The notes beneath the pieces were generated by a model. That model saw only the letters and a list, made by a program, of their open reading frames with translations, was not told where the DNA came from and searched no databases. 64,000 nucleotides of DNA. Source: Mytilus trossulus (lineage: Eukaryota). The position numbers were made by a program, and so were the translations under genes. The stretch lies in the NCBI RefSeq assembly GCF_036588685.1, contig NC_086384.1, forward strand, positions 10,292,001-10,356,000. The letters are read 5' to 3'. Shown here one piece after another: positions 41,219-51,155 of the stretch (position 1 is its first letter; each line of letters opens with the position of its first letter).

Positions 41219-42218
41219 AATCATTTATTCATATAAAACATCGTTCATTGTAATCTTTTGACGAGGGGAAACAATAACAGCTCTTAACAATAATAGCATA
41301 AATGTGGGACAATATGTCTTATCAACAAGCAAAGTGGTTTTGAAATTTACATATAAGACGGCTGTACATCTGTAAAACTGTATATAAACTGTTGATAGCA
41401 TTACACAAGATGCAGTGGAAGAATCTATATGTTTAATTTTATACAGATTTAAAAATGTACAATTAATGTGCATGTTTACAGAGTTGCATTTTATATACAG
41501 CTTAACAGCTTTACAGTTAACATACAGGTTTACATTTGTACAGTGTATAAATATTTACAGCTTTACAGATGTGAATTTAAATTCATCTTGAGAACTGTAC
41601 ATCAAGATTGCTTGTACATAAGAAGCTGGGTCGTCTGATATCGTCCATGATAGGTATTAAATGATGACCTGATCATTCAACTGATTTTTTATTGTTTGGT
41701 CTTGTGTTGTGCTGTAGCACCAGTCCCGGTTTTGGGGAAGACTTAACACACATCCACATGTTTAACCAAGCTATAAGTAATGCACTGGTGCCAAGTCAAG
41801 CGACGGTAGTTCAGTGGTGATAACTGGTTTACGTCTGTCATATATATATATTTTTCGTAAATTGTTTTGTTATAAATAACGCCATCAGTTTTCGAAATTT
41901 ATTGCTAAAAAAAGGTGTTTACGCATATTTTATCAAGCTATAATCTAGATTTCGTTATTCATTAGTTGACCATTTATTGAATTTGTCAACACTTAAAGGT
42001 AAAAAATCTCAAATTTTATAAAGAAAATTAAGCATGTATTCTTCTTTTTGTGGTTTAAAGTTTCTCTAGACAAGTAAGATGATGAAAAATATAATATACA
42101 GATATAAAAAATACCAAATTTTCACATTATGTTTTCAAAATGGTCACAAAGTCTCAAATTTGCAATTTCTTTAAAGTCATAAGAATAGTTATCAAAAGTA
42201 CCAGGATTATAATTTTAT

Positions 42219-42262
42219 ACGCCAGACGCGCGTTTCGTCTACATAAGACTCATCAGTGACGC
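42219..42262 (-). ncRNA. Minimal type I hammerhead ribozyme; predicted cleavage between 42225 and 42224
   Basis: GCGUCA-CUGAUGA-GUCU(UAUGU)AGAC-GAAA-C(GCGC)G-UC^UGGCGU: full core, 4-bp stem II, palindromic stem III, 6-bp stem I. Confidence 0.88.
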
Positions 42263-42573
42263 TCAGATCAAAATAGTTAAAAAGCCAAACAAATACAAAG
42301 TTGAAGAGCATTGAGGACCCAAAATTCCAAAAAGTTGTGCCAAATACGGCTAAGGTAATCTACTCCTGGGGTAAGAAAATCCTTAGTTTTTCGAATAATT
42401 CAAAGTTTTGTAAACAGAAAATTTATAAAAATGACCATATAATTGATATTCATGTCAACACCGAAGTGCTGACTAGGGGGCTGGTGATACCCTCGGGGAC
42501 GAAACGTTCACCAGCAGTGGCATCGACCCAGTGGTGTAAATAGTTATCAAAAGTACCAGGATTATAATTTTAT

Positions 42574-42617
42574 ACGCCAGACGCGCGTTTCGTCTACATA
42601 AGACTCATCAGTGACGC
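42574..42617 (-). ncRNA. Minimal type I hammerhead ribozyme; predicted cleavage between 42580 and 42579
   Basis: Identical to 42219-42262. Confidence 0.88.
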
Positions 42618-43179
42618 TCAGATCAAAATAGTTAAAAAGCCAAACAAATACAAAGTTGAAGAGCATTGAGGACCCAAAATTCCAAAAATTTGTATAGAAG
42701 GGGGTCTGAAATCGAATGTAAACAAAAATCTATCCCATCCTGGAATTTTAATTGATTGATTGATTGTTGGTTGCTTAACGTTCAGGGGTAAATATTTCAT
42801 GCATATTCATGACGATGTATCAAAATAATCAAACTTTGCAACCTAAAATCGTAACTCTATATGATCACAGTAAATAAGGGTGTACACGTATTATTTAAGG
42901 AACTTTAGGTCACAAAACAGACGACAATATGAGCTTAACTATTTCACAGATCTGCTTATATTTATAATATTTGAACAAGAATATTGCTTTTAGGGCTCAT
43001 AACATAATTATCTTCAGAACAAAATACAAGTTCAGCTTTGTGTCATACTCAAAATGGTTTAATTCTTACTTTCAGATGACATGGTATTGTAAATAGAGTT
43101 ATCCGTGTGTTTCATATTGATTCGTAATTAAAATTGAATTTATTTTTTATCATTTGATTTGAAACTTATTATATTTAAA

Positions 43180-43330
43180 ATATTGTACAAGTTATAAGTG
43201 AAATTTAGCCTTATTTTGTACAAATTATAATGTGTACAGACACTTTTTGTACAAATTACAATTTGTACAAAGTCAAAATACAAATTATAATTTGTACAAT
43301 TTTTTTGTACAAAATGATAACTTGTACACA
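43180..43330. repeat. Irregular array of TTGTACAA/TGTACA palindromes
   Basis: About 8 occurrences at 15-35 bp spacing. Confidence 0.7.
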
Positions 43331-43774
43331 ACATATACATGCATTGGTTCAAGAATTGGATAAATATTATTTTCACCACTCACTCGTTTCATATGACTTT
43401 AATGAAAAATGCACACACAAAAAAAAACCTACCCATAACACTTCGGTTTTGTACATTTCATGAGAAGAAGATTAATATATAATTTTGTCTTATACCAACC
43501 CATCAATTATCATATTTTACATAAATTTCAAGAAAATCAACCAAAAACTGACCCCAAAAAAACCACTCATTTTTACGGAGTTATCTCACCCTTCCAATGA
43601 TAATTGCCATAGGAAATTAAAAATGCTGATTTTGAGTTTTCCTCAAGTTTGGTTTTATGGGATTTTTTTCTGTGTATGTAAAGAGCATACTGCTATATAT
43701 TAGAAATAAAACATGTTCTGTTGCATTAGTTTAGTTTGACTTATAGCTTTTATGAGGAATTACTTTATTCATTA

Positions 43775-44130
43775 ATAAATAAATTTGGTGTTTTTATTGT
43801 CTTCTGATTGGTTAAAATTATTAGTTTTATTTTCAATGTTGTCATTTTTTATGGCGACACGCCCACTCTGACGTTGTGTATTCATACGCCAACATGTGTG
43901 TACGTTGTTATTGTTTTTATAAATAATATAAAAAGTTCTTTGAGCCTTCTTTTTGATAGAAATTTATTTATAATGAATGGCAATAATCTATTTTGATTTT
44001 ATTGAACCACAAAACTAATTTTTGACTCTTCACATTTTACATAATCCGCTTTGCGGATTATTTCATGTGAAGAGTCAAAAATTAGTTTTATGGTTCAATA
44101 AATTCAAAATAGATAATAGCCATTCATTAA
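43775..44130. mobile_element. Insertion specific to copy 2, ending in a roughly 160-bp hairpin (43971-44129)
   Basis: taatgaatgg...ataatccgc-ttt-gcggattat...ccattcatta; absent at the orthologous site near 36015. Confidence 0.7.
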
Positions 44131-44157
44131 ATGCTGAGTTTATATATATTAACAATA

Positions 44158-44899
44158 CTAGAACACACCCGTGATATCGCGGGTCCGTGACTGAATTAAA
44201 GTATGTTACTATGCGCAAGACTTATTTTTGTATTAGTATTGTCATCTGATAAAGTCATGCCGATTATAAGATAGTTATCACAGTTTTCTCTGCTTTCAAA
44301 TCTTTCTGTTTGAACCCATCTAACTGAAACTTATCAATTATTGGTAATATTAATTATTTGGAAAACAAAAGGTCGGGGGATGGAGTATTTTTTAATCAAC
44401 AGCATTGTCCTATTTTAGTTATAAATGAAGTTGAATTCTTTGATTCGCTGTTTTACGTCATGCCCGCTAAAAAATTGAAAACTGTACCTATACGCCTTGT
44501 TTTTAGTATTCGTATTGTTATCTTATAAAGTCTTACTGATTAAAATACTACAATAGGTAACAATTTGACAATTTAGTAGTGTCAATCCTGTGATTATGAC
44601 CCGAGTATATAGCATATCCTGAATACACCGTTTGGTGGTGCGCCTGTCAAATGCAGAACGTGCAGATGAGGTAATAGGTAACAGATGATTCTACTATTGG
44701 TATCGGTATCGGACTCGACCCGGAACTTCTTAATTATTGGCAATATTAATTACGTGGAAAACAAAAGGGCCTGGAGTGGTGTAATTTTTAATCTACACCT
44801 TTGTACTATATTAGTTATATATAAAGTTGAATTCTTTGATTCGTCGTTTTTACGTGATGACGGCTGACAAATTGGACCTCGTAATTTAAGTATTATAGA
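44158..44899 (-). mobile_element. Non-autonomous Helitron
   Basis: Minus strand has 5'-TC, a subterminal hairpin acccg(c)gatatc(a)cgggt and 3'-CTAG; inserted between A and T; empty site near 36047; internal duplication at about 44330-44460 and 44730-44860. Confidence 0.85.
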
Positions 44900-45302
44900 T
44901 GATACTATCTGCCCCAATTATTGTCATTATTGAATTAGGCAGTCTATTCTGTTTTGCTCTTTATAAGTCCTGATTATTAGAAAACTGAATATCTTTAGTT
45001 AGATCCAACGATACTACATTGAATCCCGGTGTTGAATGCCCTAACAGGTAAACATAAATTTATGACCAGTTATCCAGCGATTCTTTCCTGTAGAACAATA
45101 AATATCACAGAAAAATCAAATTAGTTGTCATTTTACAAGAATTTCGAATAAATATTGTCAATGAGAGAGAGAGAGAGAGAGAGATTAAAATGTTGCATTT
45201 ACATAAAATTAAATTAAATTCCATCGAAATTCCTTGTGGTAATCTACAATTTGATCACAAGTTTATATTACCATAGAAATATTCATTGGTAAAGTTCGTC
45301 TA

Positions 45303-45316
45303 GGGAAATGAAACTG
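45303..45316 (+). promoter_or_regulatory. ISRE/IRF-like element GGGAAATGAAACTG upstream of the copy-2 mini-gene
   Basis: GAAA-N-GAAACT motif about 75 bp upstream of the ATG at 45392. Confidence 0.35.
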
Positions 45317-45391
45317 ATTGATACAAGCGTTCAATAGCTTTGAGCATTTGACATTCCATTTAGTATCAACAAAGTTTCCGATATCAATAAA

Positions 45392-48300
45392 ATGGCAGAA
45401 AATAAGTAAGTAATGTTTGTTGATCATTTATTTCTAATTTTGTAAATTTTGTCATATTCCTGGTAAAAATTCTGAAAAGTTATCATTTGCAGTGTGATAT
45501 TATCAATATTATAATGACAAACACCATGTGTATCTTCCAACTTCTTAAAAAAGCACATGTCGAATGGGATTCAGTTAAATGCATTTTAAAATGTGTCTCT
45601 TTGTGCTGATTCAAATGTTGTACTGAACATTGATATCTGAGACGTCGCTCCACAAATCCGTTCATATGAAACCAAACGGTCAGCCTCAATGAAAGAATAA
45701 TATATGTTAGCTCAGATGATTACGGATATGTTTCAATTGTTGTGACTGCAGTTCTATCCCCATTCCCTCGACTGTAACCTAGCTACCGAATAAGACTTAT
45801 CACCGGGTGTGTACTACCACGAACATCACGATGGATGCCACATGTGGAGCAGTATCTGTATACTCCCAAAACACTTGAGATCACCTCCAGTTTTAAGTGG
45901 GTTCATGTTGATCAGTAATTTGTTTTCTTTGTTGTGTGTTGTGTAATGTGCATCTGCTTTTTTTAAATTTTTTATTCGACGCCCAACTATCAATACGTCA
46001 AAGGATACAGACTACCAATTATCACATTCTATAAATTGAAGGATTTTGGTTCTTGCTAAGTTAATGGCACTCGTTGTATGGGTTCAAATTTAAAAAAAAA
46101 GGGAATTAAACGATTCCTTTAAACAAGAAAGTAGTTTAGGTATCTATAAATAAACTTAATTATTGTTCTCTAAATTTTGAAATGCTTGAAACTTTTCAGA
46201 ACGTCTATAGGGGAAGAGTCGTTAACAAAATCATGCATACGACAGGAAACAGAAAATGCAGAGAATTGTAAGTTTTAAAAAGCAAAAAAAAACAACAATA
46301 AAACAAACAAAAACCGAACGAAAATGAAATAACGGTTAACAGTCATGTAGTAGAAACGGAAATGTGATATAAAATATAATTGTTAAGGAAAAAATGAATT
46401 TTCATATTATAGTAAATATTTGGTCCTTCGTGGAAAAAAGAGTTACCGTGTACGCGATAGAAATCATAAATTGAACTGCAACTTCAAGTACAGATACTTT
46501 CTATACTGTAATTTTAACAATTCTGCGTATATTTACGATTGCGATATTCATAGATTTGAAAAAATGAGAAATTAATCATTGCGATTTTAGGAAAATAGAA
46601 AACAGATCGAGGTTGATCTTAAGTGTTTAGGAAAGGTAGGCTGATCCTGCTCTACAGGCTAACAGTGATACTCATGATGAATAACTCTAAATCTTTTTTC
46701 TGATTGAAATTGATTGTGTATATTACCGACATGCTTATCTGTACATGTATTTAAGTTTATATAAGCTAAACTATGTGTATTGTTTTTTTTTAATACTTTG
46801 CACTTATGCAATCTGCATTGTTTTGCTAAATTATAACAACGAAGATGTGGTTTAATTACCAATCAGATAACTATTCATAAGAGACCAAATGATACAGAAA
46901 TTACTCAAAATAGGTCAACAATGATCAAAGCCAATAATGTATAGTCATCTATATAAGGCCCCGAAATGACAAATGTAAAACAATCTAAACTAGAAAAACC
47001 AACGGCGTATTGATGTACAATGTAATGAACTAAAAACAAATATGTCACACAGCAACAACAAAAACCACTGAGTTTCTGCAACAGGCTCCTGACTTGAGCC
47101 AGGCACCTACAGAATGTGGCGGGTTAAACATCTTAGTTGGTACAAAACGAAAAAAAACGAAAACGAAACAAAAGTCAACAAAGCACGTGAGACTGAGCAA
47201 CCAATCCTCGTTAATAGAAAGTGATGATTTTATTTCTCAAGATGAGTTGGAGACCAAGGGATGTAACCAAGACAAGGACAATGATTGTGAGAAGGACGAA
47301 AAGAACGGATGTGATGAAGATAAGGAAAATGTAGACGACGAAGAGGAAGACAATGATTGTGACTGGATGACGAAAGAAGAGGAAGAAAGAAAAATTATAC
47401 AATGTGTAAGATTTTCTAATGTCCAAATTAAGGATCTATTTACATGAGGTTTATGAACATGAGTCCGATGTTCGGACTCCTTGTTTTTCCCTTCATACAA
47501 TACATGGTGGATTATTTTGCTCGTTAACACCCACTACATTGAAACCACATCTTCCTGTATCTTCTACTTGACTGGGTTAAAAAGTAGTAATATCAGAGAG
47601 CTCCCAACTTCATCTACATTTTGAACTTCTTTACTTTTCATGCAAATACTGCGGACAACATCTTAGTGCATAATTCATAAAGAATTCCGTATGTAACATG
47701 TCTGTTTTGTATCTAATAGGCGAGTGACACTTTCAAAAAAGACGCTTAGTTAGTGACTTTAATGCACCCACCTAACACACAGCTGAATTATTTGTATATC
47801 TTATAGAATAATATCTGAACTTCGGTCGTAAAAAATCGTACGGTGCAATTTTTGTAAAAATTGAATCAAAATCGAGAAAAGATTCCAAATTAAAAAATGA
47901 CCAACAGTTTTGAAGCGTGAAAAATTAACATGTAGCTTTATTTTCTGTTGTCACAATTCAAAAATTATGTACGTTTAACATGTCAATGTATAAAAAATAC
48001 TTTTCAAAAATAACCGAAGTAATTTTTGCGAGAAAAAAAAAAGATTTTTGTAACATTTTTGATTATTTTTATAAAAATGGTGGCAATTTTCATATTTTTC
48101 TTCATTTCCTAGATATTTTCGGCATAAAACCCAAATTAATGATGTTCGTTTTATTCAAAAGTTCATTACTCATTTAATAAATATTGTTATCACTCTATTA
48201 TTCTGGATTTCATACATTTTTACACACTCCCCCTTTTCAATCAAATTTCCGAAATCGCGTTCTCTGTTAGTTTCCCTCAAGTAAACGAACCGAAACTCTT

Positions 48301-49442
48301 CGAAAAAGAATATGAATAACCATGAAGGCACTTTTTTCTATACAAATATTGGGCAAAGTATTAAAAAAAAATCAAAGGACCATAGAAGATGTTATGTCAA
48401 CGTTTTTTTAGTCTTGGTAGAAAACCTATATCTTATTATTCTTATTCATTTTGCACTTACAAAAGGCAGAGATGATTATGAATAACTAATGAAAAATACT
48501 TTTTTCTCAATTGATCAATGCTCATTTTCGTTTTGCAACTAAAAGTACGCATAAATGTGTCATTCTGATATTTTCCCGATGAACTTGAACGTAAGATATG
48601 TCCACTTTTTAAATTTTCTACCGTTTTAACCATCGCATACGGTAGGCTTATTGATAAATTAAGTAGAATCATATTCAAAACAGTGTGGTCCTGGCCATTG
48701 ATTGACGACCTAAATTATCCCAGTGAATGGGACAGATTAGGTGAACGTTTGTCGGTAACAATCACTGCTCACTATGTACTTGTTAAAGACACTGAATCTG
48801 TGGGGTCACCAAAGGTTCTAAACACCTAAATAAAGCAATTCGAAAAAAGAATCCGGAATAATACGATGTGTTGATTTATATCAATAATATAAATCAAAAC
48901 ATAAAGGTTATTCCTGAATAATTTTTTGAATAATTATATTATCAAAGGCGTTAAGAACCTTTGGTGAACCCACAGTTTAAATTCTATAATAAGTAAGAAG
49001 TGCGCAATGGTCGTTACAGACAAACGTTCACCTAATCTGTCCCAGTCAATGGGATAATTTAGGTCGTCAATCAATGGCCAGGACCACACTGTTTTGAATA
49101 TGATTCTATGTAACATGTCTGTTTTGTATCTAGAACATTAACATACATATATTAATAACTGATATTTGTTTGTTTTAACCTTGTACAGTATAATAACGTG
49201 TTATTTTTTCTTTCTATAATTTATAATTTTTCATTTTGCAGCTGCAGGAAGTTGCCAGTAGATGTACTCATGCTAATCCAAAGAAAAGACCCACATCTTA
49301 TGAAGTACTCGATATGTTATATAAAGTATACGAACCACCAAAAGAACCATGGTCGTTTAAAAGTTTCTGTCAGAATCTATGTCAGGCAGAAAACTACGAA
49401 GATTGTGAGGACTCCACGCTAGACACACCGTTACCAAGATAA
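45392..49442 (+). CDS. Predicted 148-aa acidic kinase-tail protein, copy 2; exons 45392-45405, 46200-46267, 47242-47405, 49242-49442
   Basis: Same exon lengths (14/68/164/201), splice sites and phases as copy 1, with no indel or stop: MAENKTSIGEESLTKSCIRQ...DWMTKEEEERKIIQCLQEVASRCTHANPKKRPTSYEVLDML...LPR. Confidence 0.65.
48664..49108. mobile_element. Fold-back MITE with about 160-bp TIRs, inside a copy-2-specific insertion (47716-49106)
   Basis: tagaatcatattcaaaacagtgtggtcctggccattg... is mirrored at 48945-49108. Confidence 0.85.
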
Positions 49443-49884
49443 ATAAACGTTAACAAGGTGGAGACATTTCAAAGTTTGTTGATATAACATGGTATCGCTT
49501 CTTCTTCAAATGGCAAACAATGAATTTTATATACAAAGTAGAATACACTTATCTGCACATTCAAAGAGTTTTAACTGCTTATGGTACTTTTATTTGCATT
49601 CTATACCACATCTTCTTTTTTTATATCATTGTTATTGACCTATGCATGTTTTTTATTTTGGCTCCGTTCGTAGCTACATGTACCATCATTCCACATTCAC
49701 ATGCCTTTTTTAAGTAATAATATCCCGATCCTCTACCTGAGTCTGATGAAACATTTTTTGTTGTATTACAGTATAAAACAACGAGTGATTGATCAAAACT
49801 AAAACATGTAAAATGTAACCAACAATTTATGGTGGCCGGATGCGGACAGTTCGCCTTTTCTCGTTTTCTCTTTTCACTTTCACG

Positions 49885-50163
49885 CGAAATCGGGAAATCG
49901 GGAAATCGCGAAAGCGAGAAAGCGAAATCGAGAAATCGAGAAATTGAGAAAGCGAAAACGCAAAACGAGAAAGCGGGAAAGCGAAAACACGAAATCCAGA
50001 AATCTATTTCATTTCCCGTTTTCGCGTTTTCGCGTTTTTGCTTTCTTGATTTCTCGATTTCGCGTTTTCGCTTTCTCGCTTTCTCGATTTCCCGATTTCT
50101 CGCTTTCTCGCTTTCTCGATTTCCCGATTTCTCGATTTCTCGATTTCGCTTTCTCGATTTCCC
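49885..50163. repeat. Two inverted arrays of 6-8-bp GAAA-containing units
   Basis: (gaaatcga/gaaagcga)n at 49885-50003 followed by (tttctcga/tttcgcgt)n at 50007-50163. Confidence 0.85.
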
Positions 50164-50720
50164 GTTAATAAACTAATAAATTAATAACGTTCTTTACGTA
50201 GTCAGGCCAATTGTAAATTTGTTTTCTAGTAATATACATGATATAATAGTTTCGTGTGTCTTACAACACACCGACAACACTCTAATTCATCAATTATTTA
50301 ATTTAACTGAAATTTGTGTATGAATATGTAGATTTATTGTTAACCCGCAATTAAAAATTAGTTTAGAATCACTTTCATAACAGAAAATAAACTTGCGTAG
50401 TTGAAGTATAAGTGTATGTCTAGTATATCCTGTCTTTCTTTCCTTTTCAAGTATTTTAATCAATATATTTTTTGTTGATCTTTAAAATATCTACATCAAA
50501 CTTATTTTATGTTCCAAAACTGTCACAGTCAATATTGGTGTTGGTTGATAGTAGCTAAGGTATACAAGATGTATGTTATTCGTGCGTGAATACAATGATT
50601 CAAATGTTTGATTACAAGAAATATATGACTTTAAAATGGGATGTAGATAAAAGATTTAAAACAAATAATGTATCCTATATTAACAGATGATAGTTTCAAT
50701 TCACTGAAATATATGAATGT

Positions 50721-51155
50721 GGTCCGAGACCACCATTGTCGTCCCCTGAACAAATATAGTCCCTAGTGTTGATCAGTGTTGACAGTGGGTTACTTGCCAT
50801 TGATTTTTATACCCCTTCCAAATTTATTTCTCCATGTTTAATGCCTCAAATTGCAAGAAGGGGGATGAAATTACACTGTAAAATAATTTTGGTCCAGAAT
50901 TTTAAGGGAAAGTAGTGATTTGGTCCAGAAATTAGCAATTCGGAAGCTTTCAAAAGATTTCAATTAGCCCTAAACATAAAATTGTCCATAATTTGAGTTA
51001 GAGGCGATGAAATTTTCTATAATTTTGATATAATTTGTCCCAAAAGTAGTACAACACACTGTAAAAGTTTCTTTGAGAAGGCGCAGGTGGGATTTGTTTA
51101 ATTTTCATTTATGTTCTAAAAAAAATGCATTATGAAATAATTGTGGTGTCGGACC
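50721..51155. mobile_element. MITE with 4-bp TSD (ATGT)
   Basis: TIRs ggtccgagaccac / gtggtgtcggacc; atgt at 50717-50720 and 51156-51159. Confidence 0.75.

Larger units (their letters stand above)
42184..42688 (-). mobile_element. Non-LTR retrozyme: 1.4 tandem copies of a 355-bp monomer bounded by two hammerhead ribozymes
   Basis: 42184-42333 and 42539-42688 appear identical (offset 355); each contains a hammerhead core on the minus strand. Confidence 0.88.

Noticed and set aside
40554-41224. Three long minus-strand ORFs
   Set aside because: By-products of the stop-free 60-bp tandem repeat.
42470-42535. Plus-strand hammerhead-like string CTGGTGA...GACGAAAC within the retrozyme
   Set aside because: CUGANGA is not matched and stems I and III cannot be formed; better explained as a branched stem (gctggtg/caccagc).
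49829-50176. Arg/Ser/Phe-rich ORFs
   Set aside because: Translations of the inverted 6-8-bp repeat arrays.
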